Part shown: positions 1-8,091 of the stretch, piece after piece
How the letters are laid out: each line of letters begins with the position of its first letter
Position numbering within the stretch: position 1 is the first letter of the stretch
Source: Candidatus Flavonifractor intestinigallinarum
Lineage (GTDB): Bacteria > Bacillota > Clostridia > Oscillospirales > Oscillospiraceae
Reading direction: 5' to 3'
Length of the DNA stretch: 32,000 nt
Assembly (NCBI GenBank): GCA_019119165.1
Contig: DWXO01000087.1
Coordinates: 8,356 to 40,355, forward strand
Notes under the pieces: model-generated
What the model saw: the letters and a program-made list of their open reading frames with translations, nothing else
Told to the model about the DNA's origin: nothing
Databases searched by the model: none
Translations under genes and position numbers: made by a program

Positions 1-306
1 CACCACAAATCCAGGTACCATGTTCTGGATCAGCTCTCCGTCCTGATTATAGTACCGCAGTACATAGGGGTAATATCCCGGGATGGGCTCCAGCACCGAG
101 GGCAGCTGCTCCACATCCACCGGGCCGGTCTCCAGCAGACCGCCCAGGTACTCCTCCTCCCCATAGAGTTCTGTCTCCTGAACGACCTGCTCCTCTGTCT
201 GGTAAAAATCCTCCGCAAAGTCCATGGTTGTTCCACGGGATGAGCAGCCCGCGGCGGTGCAGGCAATACACAGAGCCGCCAGAATCATAATCGCTTTCTT
301 TTTCAT
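1..306 (-). CDS. Lipoprotein, N-terminal part only (gene runs off the window start)
   Basis: Absent from the ORF track because there is no stop in the window. The reverse complement from ATG (306-304) reads MKKKAIMILAALCIACTAAGCSSRGTT... with no stop down to position 1. AGGAGG (319-314) lies 7 nt upstream. Signal peptide with a lipobox-like AAGC. Confidence 0.7.
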   Translation of the reverse strand, partial: MKKKAIMILAALCIACTAAGCSSRGTTMDFAEDFYQTEEQVVQETELYGEEEYLGGLLETGPVDVEQLPSVLEPIPGYYPYVLRYYNQDGELIQNMVPGFVV

Positions 307-423
307 AGTAGTTCCTCCTGTTCTTTGGTTCATCTTGGGACGTCAATCATAAGAGCCACAACCATGGCCCCAGGTTTTATCCCGCACAAAAATTTTTTCT
401 CTCTGTTCAGGGTCTCCGCCTTC

Positions 424-432
424 TGCTACAAT
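424..432 (+). promoter_or_regulatory. Extended -10 promoter element (TGcTACAAT) for the sigma-LRR gene
   Basis: TACAAT at 427-432 is preceded by TG at 424-425. The -35 (TGTTCA-like) is weak. AAGGAGAGG RBS precedes the ATG at 458. Confidence 0.35.
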
Positions 433-457
433 AGAACCTGAAAAAGGAGAGGATCAC

Positions 458-2200
458 ATGGAATTGACGGAAGCGGTCCGCCTGGCCCAGGAGAGGGACC
501 GGCAGGCAGCGGAGGAACTGTACCGGCAGACCTGCCAGCGTGTGTATGCCCTGGCCCTGCGGCTCACCAACAACCCGGACCGGGCCATGGACGCCGTGCA
601 GGAAACCTATCTGTCCGCCCTGCAGCATTTGGATAATCTGCGCAGTCCCGAGGCCTTCCCCAGCTGGATTCTCCAGATTGCAGCCAACTGCTGTCACCGG
701 ATTCACCGGCAGGAGGGGCACTATGTCTCCGTCAGCGGCAAGGAAGACGGGGACAGCGGATTTCTAGAGGCCATTCCCGACCCGGACGAGGGCATCCTGC
801 CCGAGTCGGCGGTGGAACACGAAGAGACCCGGCGCTTGGTGCTGGGTCTGGTCCAGGACTTACCCGACACCCAGCGGGAGTGCGTCATTTTATTCTATTT
901 CTCCCGGTTTACAGTGGAAGAGATCGCCCAGATCCAGAACTGTTCCACAGGCACCGTAAAAAGCCGTCTGAATTACGCCCGCAAAAAACTGAAAACCGAT
1001 GTGCTGGCTCTGGAGTCCCGGGACGGCATCCGTCTCCACACTCTGGTCCCCATCGGCCTTCTGCTGCCCTGTGTGGGGAGCGAACTGCCCGCTGCCACCG
1101 CCTTCGCAGAGGCCTGGCAGGCCGTTACCGCTGGGCTCGGCGCGGCGGGCGCCGGGGCGGCAGCGGCGGGCGCCCATGCCCTGGGCACGGGAACGGCGGT
1201 CAAGGGTGCGGCCGCCGGAGCGCTGAAGGTAAAGATCGCCGCCGGCATTGCCGCCGTCGGCCTGGTGGCCGGAGGCGTGGGGGTGGCCCTCCATGAACCG
1301 GCTGTAACCTTCCAGGACCCGGTCTTTGAGCACAATATCCGCATCCTGCTCGACAAGCCGGAGGGCCCCCTGCACACCAGCGATCTGGCACAGATTGGAA
1401 GTCTCTATATCACCGCCGACGGTATGGCTCTGGAGGAAATCTCCAGCGAGGAACAGCTGGCGTGTATCGGGGCGGAGGGAACGAAGCCGGTCAGCAGTCT
1501 GGAGGACCTGGACCTTCTGCCCAATCTTGACGGCGTTTTCTGCCGTATGTCCGATGATGCGGCGCTGCTGAATACCATGGACTGCGACACTCTGCGCGTT
1601 CTGATGGTCGTGTCCGACCGTGGCACGGACCTTCAGATGACCAATCTGGACTTTTTAGCCGATCTGCCCCAGCTGGAGTCCCTGAATCTGTCAGTATCCG
1701 GCCAGGCCGACTTGGAGCCGCTGGAGAACTGCTCCACCCTCACAAGCCTGAGCATTCAACTGGCGGGCAACGACCTGGATCTAAGCCGGCTGACCAGCCT
1801 CCGATCCCTGGCCGTTTCCAACTATGGACAGACCTCCGCCCGGCTGACCGCCTCATCCGACCTGCCCCAGTTGAAGCTGCTCTATCTGTTCGGCCCGTCC
1901 GGCCTGGACTCTCTGGAGTTTCTGTCCCATGCGCCCCAGCTGGAGTATCTTCGGGTCTACGCATGGTCGGGGATGGACCTTACCCCCCTCTCCCAGCTGG
2001 AGCACTTCCGCATGGCGGATATCCACACCATGGAAACTCCCGTGGATCTGACGCCCCTAACTCTCTGCCCCAGTCTGGAGGCCTGCTGCCTGGACAACGC
2101 GCCGGAGGGCTCCGTGGTACCGACCCAGCTGCCCATGGCAACGGAGGGGGCGGATCACGGCAACCCCACCTATGACGCCATCCAGCAGTCGGTATTTTGA
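458..2200 (+). CDS. ECF-type sigma-70 family factor fused to an Ala/Gly-rich linker, one TM helix and a C-terminal leucine-rich-repeat domain
   Basis: The N-terminus has sigma region 2 (DAVQETYLSALQHLDNLRSPEAFPSWILQIAANCC) and region 4 HTH (LPDTQRECVILFYFSRFTVEEIAQIQNCSTGTVKSRLNYARKKL). Next come a poly-Ala/Gly stretch and a hydrophobic helix (IAAGIAAVGLVAGGVGVAL). The last ~250 aa have LxxLxxLxL periodicity (LPQLESLNLS, LTSLSIQLAGNDLDLSRLTSLRSLAV, LPQLKLLYLF, APQLEYLRVY). Good RBS. Confidence 0.85.
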   Translation: MELTEAVRLAQERDRQAAEELYRQTCQRVYALALRLTNNPDRAMDAVQETYLSALQHLDNLRSPEAFPSWILQIAANCCHRIHRQEGHYVSVSGKEDGDSGFLEAIPDPDEGILPESAVEHEETRRLVLGLVQDLPDTQRECVILFYFSRFTVEEIAQIQNCSTGTVKSRLNYARKKLKTDVLALESRDGIRLHTLVPIGLLLPCVGSELPAATAFAEAWQAVTAGLGAAGAGAAAAGAHALGTGTAVKGAAAGALKVKIAAGIAAVGLVAGGVGVALHEPAVTFQDPVFEHNIRILLDKPEGPLHTSDLAQIGSLYITADGMALEEISSEEQLACIGAEGTKPVSSLEDLDLLPNLDGVFCRMSDDAALLNTMDCDTLRVLMVVSDRGTDLQMTNLDFLADLPQLESLNLSVSGQADLEPLENCSTLTSLSIQLAGNDLDLSRLTSLRSLAVSNYGQTSARLTASSDLPQLKLLYLFGPSGLDSLEFLSHAPQLEYLRVYAWSGMDLTPLSQLEHFRMADIHTMETPVDLTPLTLCPSLEACCLDNAPEGSVVPTQLPMATEGADHGNPTYDAIQQSVF

Positions 2201-2231
2201 ACCTATTCTCACAGAAAGGGATGCAACCCAC

Positions 2232-2543
2232 ATGAATGAAACCTGGAGCTCCGGCTTTGATCTGGAGGACGAATCGGAAACCGAGCTGCTGGAGGCCTCC
2301 ACCGGCTTTTCCCTTTTGGAGGAGGAGCCGGACAACAGCGAAATGCTGCGGGTGCTGGAGCGGCAGATTGGCACACTCCAGGTCCAGTTGGACAATCTGG
2401 AGGAGGATCTGTCCCGGCTGGCGGAGGAACCGGCCGGAAACGAGGCCCGGCAGGAGCTGCTCCTCCGCCTCACGACCCAGGCGGACCGGCTGGCCGCCCG
2501 TATCGCAGAGCTGGAGGCCCAGGCAGACGCCCTGGAGAACTAA
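2232..2543 (+). CDS. Small acidic coiled-coil protein (103 aa), unknown function
   Basis: I chose the internal ATG at 2232 (AAAGGGA upstream) over the track start at 2172, which overlaps the preceding gene. The sequence is a heptad-like, Glu/Leu-rich helix (LERQIGTLQVQLDNLEEDLSRLAEE...RIAELEAQADALEN). A terminator follows. Confidence 0.6.
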   Translation: MNETWSSGFDLEDESETELLEASTGFSLLEEEPDNSEMLRVLERQIGTLQVQLDNLEEDLSRLAEEPAGNEARQELLLRLTTQADRLAARIAELEAQADALEN

Positions 2544-2556
2544 ATATCATAAGAAA

Positions 2557-2600
2557 GCGCAGCCCGCGGACATAAGTCTGCGGGCTGCGCTGTTCAGGCA
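2557..2600 (+). terminator. Rho-independent terminator
   Basis: GCGCAGCCCGC (2557-2567), 12-nt loop, GCGGGCTGCGC (2580-2590), then a T-containing tail TGTTCAGGCATTTTC. Confidence 0.7.
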
Positions 2601-2685
2601 TTTTCTTTTCTGGTCCCGCATACCCATCACAGAAGGCATACAAACGAGAACTTTGTCTTTCCATGGAACAATTTGTAACTTCCTG

Positions 2686-2714
2686 TTGACTTCTTTTCCC
2701 ACTACCCGTACAAT
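2686..2714 (+). promoter_or_regulatory. Sigma-70 type promoter of the zinc-ribbon/ABC operon
   Basis: TTGACT (2686-2691), 17-nt spacer, TACAAT (2709-2714). Confidence 0.7.
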
Positions 2715-2792
2715 CGTGGTGTGTGGATACAGAGAAGGAAGTATTGCGCGCAGCCTTGGGGCTGCCGCCATCTTTTTAAGGGAGGAACCGTC

Positions 2793-4514
2793 ATGAAAAC
2801 CTGTCTCAACTGCGGCCATCCGCTGCACAGCGAGGCCGCCTTCTGTCAAAACTGCGGCGCCGCCGTCCCCAAGGATACCGCCCCTACCGAAACCCCCGCC
2901 TTTTGCAGCAACTGCGGCGAGCAGCTCACCCCGGGCACCAAGTTCTGCGTCAACTGCGGCGTCCCCATCGAGCAGCTCCCCGTCTCCTCCCAGGAGGAAC
3001 AGCCCGAGACCGGCTCCAAGCCCGCCGCTTCCGGACGTAAGGGCAAGCTGATCATTGGAGCCATTGCCGCCGCAGTTGTGGTGGTAGCGGGTATTCTGGT
3101 CATTCCCCGCCTCTTTTCCTCTCCCTCCCAGCAGTTTGTCTCCTACCAGCAGGATCTGTTTGCGGACCGCGCCCTGGAGCTGCTGGAGGAGGGTGTAGAT
3201 ACCCTCGGCAGCGGCCAGTTTTCCTCTGACCTGACAGTCACAGCTTCCACCGACAATGTGGACATCAACCAGTACCTGCAGGATTCCTCAGTCAGCCTGA
3301 AAGTGGACCTGAACCGGGACACCCTGCTGGCCAACGGAGAGTTTACCCTGATGGGCAGCCCCATCCTCACGGGGGCGCTGTCCTATGACAAGGGTACCCT
3401 GGGCTTCTACCTGCCCGAGATTGAGGACACCTATTACACCATGAATCTCTCCCAGACCGTGGAGGCCCTCACCGGTCAGGAAGTAGATCTGAGTGTGCTG
3501 ACTCTGCCGGAGATCTCGGGCAAGGAGTGGCGCTCCCTGTTGGAGTCCTATCTGGATATCGTCTATACGGTTGTCAATGAAGGAAATGTGACGGTGGAGA
3601 ACGGGGTGTCCTTCTCATTGCCCCAGCTTGGCAGCTATATGACGGGCACCCGCTACACCTTCCAGCCCCGGGCGGAGGATGTGGAGGCCATGCTGCTCAA
3701 ACTGGCCCAAACCCTGCGGGAGGATGAGAACCTGCGGCAGCTGATCCTGAAACTCATCAACCCAGATATGCTCACCGCTGCCTTCGGCTCCGACATTTTC
3801 AACGGCTACGATCTGGAGCAAGAGCTGGACAACGCCCTGCTCTCCCTGGCCGATGAACTGGAATATAACGCCGCCGACGCGGGCCGGGAGGTGGAGGAGT
3901 CCGGCTTCACCTGGGAGCTCTATGTAGAGGGCAACCAGGTCCGTATGATCCGCCTCTTCACCACCTATTCCGATACCGTTCTGGTCTATGAGTCTCAGGG
4001 TTCGGAATCCGACCGGCGGCAGGAGGCCTTCTATGCGGAGTACTACGGCGAGCCCCAGTTCATCCTCACCCACGACTACACCAAAAACGGCAGCGTCTCC
4101 GACGGCGTGATGAGCCTTACCCAGCCTTACGGTCCCTCTCTGGAGATCCGGTACGACATGGATTCGGAGAAGAAGTCTCCTCTGGGCATTCCTCAGGGCT
4201 CCTATCGGCTGTACTCGGATATGCTGCCTGTGAGCCTGACGCTGGATGTGACCCCGGGGCAGAACGACAGCGTGGACCATACCCTCCAGATTCAGGGGGA
4301 CTCCTATGTGTTTGACGGCGTCTTCAGCTCTCTGGAGGTCAACATCAACGCCACCGACGGCTCCTCCGCCAAAGCCCCCGGCGTACCCCCCTACGACATC
4401 AGCGACTTTAGCTATTCGGAATACTATGATTTGTTCCAGAGACTGGGCACCTCCGTGGAGCAGGATCTGATCCGCAACCTGGAGCCCTTGATGGATGCCT
4501 CCTATGGATGGTAA
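2793..4514 (+). CDS. Double zinc-ribbon membrane protein with a large extracytoplasmic domain
   Basis: Start at 2793 (GGGAGGAA RBS) rather than the track start 2721, which would coincide with the predicted transcription start. The N-terminus has two CxxC...CxxC ribbons (CLNCGHPLHSEAAFCQNCG; CSNCGEQLTPGTKFCVNCG). These are followed by a Pro/Ser linker, a TM helix (LIIGAIAAAVVVVAGILVIP) and ~440 aa with no family I recognise. Confidence 0.8.
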   Translation: MKTCLNCGHPLHSEAAFCQNCGAAVPKDTAPTETPAFCSNCGEQLTPGTKFCVNCGVPIEQLPVSSQEEQPETGSKPAASGRKGKLIIGAIAAAVVVVAGILVIPRLFSSPSQQFVSYQQDLFADRALELLEEGVDTLGSGQFSSDLTVTASTDNVDINQYLQDSSVSLKVDLNRDTLLANGEFTLMGSPILTGALSYDKGTLGFYLPEIEDTYYTMNLSQTVEALTGQEVDLSVLTLPEISGKEWRSLLESYLDIVYTVVNEGNVTVENGVSFSLPQLGSYMTGTRYTFQPRAEDVEAMLLKLAQTLREDENLRQLILKLINPDMLTAAFGSDIFNGYDLEQELDNALLSLADELEYNAADAGREVEESGFTWELYVEGNQVRMIRLFTTYSDTVLVYESQGSESDRRQEAFYAEYYGEPQFILTHDYTKNGSVSDGVMSLTQPYGPSLEIRYDMDSEKKSPLGIPQGSYRLYSDMLPVSLTLDVTPGQNDSVDHTLQIQGDSYVFDGVFSSLEVNINATDGSSAKAPGVPPYDISDFSYSEYYDLFQRLGTSVEQDLIRNLEPLMDASYGW

Positions 4515-5166
4515 GGCGGTCTTATGTACCCTGCATCAGGTGGAGAAGCGGTATGCCCGCCGTGCCGCCCCTGTGCTGGGTCCCCTGTCTCTGACTCTGT
4601 CCCAGGGGGAGGTGCTGGGTATCCGGGGGGCCAACGGCGCGGGCAAGAGCACCCTGCTGTCCATCCTGACCGGGGTGCTGCGGCCTGACGCCGGGGAATA
4701 CCGACTGGCCCCGGAGGCGATGGGCAAGGTGGCCTATGTGCCCCAGGAGCTCTCGCTGTACCACACCCTCACGGGGCTGGATAACCTGCGGTTCTGGGGG
4801 CGGGCCTGCGGCCTGCCCCGGCAGGCCATCTCCATTCGCAGCCGCTGGCTGCTGGAGCGGCTGGACCTGACCGAAAAGGGAAAACAGCCGGTCTCCGCCT
4901 ACTCCGGCGGAATGCAGCGCCGACTCCACCTGGCCAGCGCCCTGATGATCACCCCCAAGGTGCTGCTGCTGGACGAGCCCACCGTGGGCGCCGACGCCCG
5001 CTCGGTGGAGCTCATCCTGTCCATGGTGGAGCACCTGCGGGATATGGGCTGCGCCATCGCCATGATCTCCCACCAGCCCGGTGAGCTGGAGCGGGTGTGC
5101 AGCCGGGTGCTCACCCTGGAGGCGGGACGCCCCGTCCAGGAGGAGGGGAACCCATGTCCGGACTGA
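4495..5166 (+). CDS. ABC transporter ATP-binding protein
   Basis: Walker A GANGAGKST, signature YSGGMQRR, Walker B LLLDEPTVGAD. The start overlaps the preceding stop. Alternative ATG at 4504. Confidence 0.9.
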   Translation: MPPMDGKAVLCTLHQVEKRYARRAAPVLGPLSLTLSQGEVLGIRGANGAGKSTLLSILTGVLRPDAGEYRLAPEAMGKVAYVPQELSLYHTLTGLDNLRFWGRACGLPRQAISIRSRWLLERLDLTEKGKQPVSAYSGGMQRRLHLASALMITPKVLLLDEPTVGADARSVELILSMVEHLRDMGCAIAMISHQPGELERVCSRVLTLEAGRPVQEEGNPCPD

Positions 5167-7502
5167 AAGCCGCCCTTTGCAAGGACCTGAAGCTGTTTTT
5201 CAGCGGCGCCGGGGTGGCCGCCCTGCTGCTGCCCTTTCTGCTGCTGGCGGCCTTCCGCATCGGCCTGGGGGATCTCACCGCCCAGAGCTATGTACAGCCC
5301 TTCCCCATCGCCGTGCGGGACCAGGACGACACCATCATGTCCCGCTCCCTCATCGCCCAGATGAAGCGCATCGAGCTGTTCTCCGATGTGGCCGTGCTGG
5401 AGGAGGAAACCAGCGACGCCCAGGCCCTGGACCAGGGCGCGGCGGCGGTCATCACCATCCCCAAGGACTTTTTCTACGACCTGTACACCATGACCGACTG
5501 CCCGGTGTCCATCGTCCTCAACGAGGATATGCAGCTGGAATCCACCCTGATCTACTCCATCTTCGGTTCCGTCATGGATATCATCCGGGGCAATCAGGTG
5601 GCCTACACCGCCGTATACCAGCTGTGCTACGGCGAACTGGACCACGACCGGCAGTGGGCCCTCTATCAGGAGTCCTCCGTCAACCTGCTTCAGGACGCTC
5701 TAGGCCGCCAGAACGTCTTTGAAAATGAGGCGGTTCAGGCCGACCTCCAGGGGGCGCTGGAGCGGCGGCTGACCGCCTGCGTGCTGTCGGTGCTGGCCCT
5801 CTTTTTCTCCATCGCCGCCGTCAAGACTCTGCCCGAGGAGCTGGGTATGGGCATCCTGCCCCGGTACCGGGCACTGGGCGGCTCCACGGGAGCCTTTGTT
5901 CTGTCCAAGTTCCTGGTGGCCTACCTGCTGACCCTGCCCACTCAAATTCTGATGCTGGCGGTCTTTCAGCCGGAACGCCCCATCCTCTTTCTGGCCCTTG
6001 CCCTGCTCCTGCTGGCCGCCGCCTTCGGCATTCTGTTGGGGCTGGCCGCGTGGCTGGGCAACCCCAGCTCGGTCCAGCGGTGGGGCAATCTGCTGCTGTT
6101 CCTGTCCCTGGTGCTGGGGGGCACTCTATGGCCCCGGCAGCTGCTCCCCGCCCCCCTGCCCCTGCTGGGCAAGTTCACCCTGCCCTACTACGCCGGGCTG
6201 GGGCTGGAGGCCGCCGCCTACGGTCTGCCGCCGGCGGAGCTGTTGGGCCTGCTCTGGCCCATCCTGGCCATGGGAGGGGCCGGACTGCTTTTTGCCGTGG
6301 TCCTGCTGCACCGGAAGAGGCGGGGCAGGGCCGCCCCTGCCTTCCGGGGCAGCCAGGCCAAACAACCCGCAGCCGTTCCCGCCCTGCTCCCCTTCCCCGC
6401 CCGACTGGCCAGCCTGTCCGGTATCAAGCTCACCGCCATGTCCGGCGGTCTGCGGGGCCTGACGGCCCTGCTGGCGGTGGCCCTGCTGTGCGGCATGGCC
6501 GCCTCCTCCGTTCAGTCCGGGGGTAGACAGCAGCTCTGTCTGGCGGTCTATGACCAGGATCAAAGCCCTCTGTCCCAGGAGCTGGCCCAGCGTCTGGGGC
6601 AGCACACCGAGCTTTCCGTCCGCAGCTGCGGCAGAGAGGAGGGCCTTCACCTGCTCCTGCTGGGGGAGGTGGAAGGTATGCTCACCATCGGCCAGGGCTA
6701 TGGTCAGTCCCTAGCCAGAGAGGAACAGATCCCCCTCCGCTATGAGGGGGCCTCGGCGGCAGTCTCCCTCCAGGGCGCCCGGGAGATCATCGCCGGGCAG
6801 GTCTCCCTCCAGCGCAGCCGGGCCCAGGCGGAGGGCAACGCGGAGGCCCATCTGGGCCGACCTCTTTCCGACCAGGAATCCGCTCAGCTCCAGGCGCTGA
6901 TGGACCAGGCCGAGGCCTCCATGCCCCCGCTCTATCAGATGCAGATGCAAAGCGGCGCCTCGGCTCCTCTGCCCTTCGTCCCCAGCCAGTTCAGCTTTAC
7001 GGCTCTGATGGTCCTGTTCACCCTGCTGACCTCGGCGGCCTGGACCGGAGGCCGGGACGGCCGCCTGGTGGAGCGGCGGATGTGGTCCCTCCCCTTTGGC
7101 CGAGTGCTGTCCTACGGCAGCGACTGTCTGGCCCTGGTGGGACTGGGGCTTCTGGTCTCCCTGTGCATCCTCCTCTTTGGGGGCTGTACCGATCTGTGGA
7201 CCGCCGCCGCCACCCTGGCCTATACCCTGTGCGTCTCCGCCCTGGCCCTGATGCTCATTCGGTTCACCAATACCGATGGGCGGGTGGATGGACTGGCTCC
7301 CTTTTTGGCCCTCATCCTCTGCCTGCTGGGCGGGTGCTTTATGGACCTGTCCCAGCTCTCCCCCGCCCTGCGGACCGTCTCCCTGCTCACCCCGCCCGGT
7401 CTGGCTCTGGAGGCCTCCCAGGGCACCTGGCCCGCTCTGCTGGCTCTGCTGTGCGCCGCGGTGGTTTTCTTTGCCATCGGCCTGCGTCCCCGCAGAAAAT
7501 AA
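5154..7502 (+). CDS. ABC-2 type permease, two permease modules fused in tandem (782 aa)
   Basis: ATG at 5154 follows AGGAGGAGGGG and overlaps the ATPase stop. There are two successive units, each with an N-terminal TM helix, a large soluble loop and a cluster of ~5 TM helices (first unit aa ~1-400, second ~430-782). Confidence 0.8.
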   Translation: MSGLKAALCKDLKLFFSGAGVAALLLPFLLLAAFRIGLGDLTAQSYVQPFPIAVRDQDDTIMSRSLIAQMKRIELFSDVAVLEEETSDAQALDQGAAAVITIPKDFFYDLYTMTDCPVSIVLNEDMQLESTLIYSIFGSVMDIIRGNQVAYTAVYQLCYGELDHDRQWALYQESSVNLLQDALGRQNVFENEAVQADLQGALERRLTACVLSVLALFFSIAAVKTLPEELGMGILPRYRALGGSTGAFVLSKFLVAYLLTLPTQILMLAVFQPERPILFLALALLLLAAAFGILLGLAAWLGNPSSVQRWGNLLLFLSLVLGGTLWPRQLLPAPLPLLGKFTLPYYAGLGLEAAAYGLPPAELLGLLWPILAMGGAGLLFAVVLLHRKRRGRAAPAFRGSQAKQPAAVPALLPFPARLASLSGIKLTAMSGGLRGLTALLAVALLCGMAASSVQSGGRQQLCLAVYDQDQSPLSQELAQRLGQHTELSVRSCGREEGLHLLLLGEVEGMLTIGQGYGQSLAREEQIPLRYEGASAAVSLQGAREIIAGQVSLQRSRAQAEGNAEAHLGRPLSDQESAQLQALMDQAEASMPPLYQMQMQSGASAPLPFVPSQFSFTALMVLFTLLTSAAWTGGRDGRLVERRMWSLPFGRVLSYGSDCLALVGLGLLVSLCILLFGGCTDLWTAAATLAYTLCVSALALMLIRFTNTDGRVDGLAPFLALILCLLGGCFMDLSQLSPALRTVSLLTPPGLALEASQGTWPALLALLCAAVVFFAIGLRPRRK

Positions 7503-7513
7503 TGCTCATTACA

Positions 7514-7556
7514 AAAAGGAAGCCTGTAACCGCAATGGTTACAGGCTTCCTTTTAT
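7514..7556. terminator. Bidirectional intrinsic terminator between convergent operons
   Basis: AAAAGGAAGCCTGTAACC, loop GCAAT, GGTTACAGGCTTCCTTTT. There is an A-run on one side and a T-run on the other, so it serves both strands. Confidence 0.85.
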
Positions 7557-7564
7557 TCTATTTT

Positions 7565-7789
7565 TCATGGCTGGTCCTGCCACAGGCGGCGGATCTCCCG
7601 CCCTTCAAGTCCCGTCAGATCGGCGCACTGGGCGGAGCAACCGCATACCACCAGCAGCTGGTCGTAGCAAACTCCGGGGATTGCCCCCTCGAAGGTATCC
7701 TCCTGCCGCTCCCTCCGGATGCGCTCCACCAGGGCCACCCGGTCATACCGGGGATTGCAGCCGCCGCAGTATTTCACTCCGACCCGCAC
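7565..7789 (-). CDS. Small Cys-rich protein (74 aa; CGGC...CGC..C), unknown function
   Basis: GTG start with GGGGAGAG 5 nt upstream. It overlaps the 3' end of the NifU-like gene by 16 nt (translational coupling). Motifs KYCGGCNPRYDR and VVCGCSAQC suggest metal or Fe-S binding. Any CGGC-domain resemblance is recollection only. Confidence 0.55.
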   Translation of the reverse strand: MRVGVKYCGGCNPRYDRVALVERIRRERQEDTFEGAIPGVCYDQLLVVCGCSAQCADLTGLEGREIRRLWQDQP

Positions 7790-8085
7790 GGACGCTCTCC
7801 CCGCAGGATCGCCCGGGCCTGATCCAGCAGTTCCTGGCTCACACCCCCCACCAGCACCACGTCCTTCAGCTCAGGGACAGATTCCAGCAGGGCGGAGCGG
7901 ATCAGGTTTTCCGTGGTCAGCATGGCGGAGGGACACCCGGCGCACTGGCCGGTGAGCTGAAAGCGGTACACCCCGTCCTTGCAGTCCAGGCTGCGGATGT
8001 TGCCGCCGTGAAGGGACAGATTGGGGCGCACCTTCTCCTCCAGAACCCCTTCGATCCGGTCCAGGATCTCACTGTGCTCAGACAC
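7774..8085 (-). CDS. NifU-like (Nfu-type) Fe-S cluster scaffold domain protein
   Basis: GTG start; the AAGGAG RBS lies in the last codons of abfD. The sequence ...VRPNLSLHGGNIRSLDCKDGVYRFQLTGQCAGCPSAMLTTENLIRSALLESVPE... has the Nfu C-terminal CxxC fold pattern. Confidence 0.75.
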   Translation of the reverse strand: MSEHSEILDRIEGVLEEKVRPNLSLHGGNIRSLDCKDGVYRFQLTGQCAGCPSAMLTTENLIRSALLESVPELKDVVLVGGVSQELLDQARAILRGERPCGSE

Positions 8086-8091
8086 CTTTTC

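Noticed and set aside
30-346. Track ORFs 30-266 and 47-346 on the minus strand
   Set aside because: They are alternate frames of the partial lipoprotein gene. The frame beginning at ATG 306 has the RBS, signal peptide and lipobox and stays open to the window edge.
5998-6650. Pro/Ala/Gly/Arg-rich ORFs in alternate frames and antisense within the ABC-2 permease gene
   Set aside because: They are GC-rich frame artefacts. The permease frame gives coherent TM helices.
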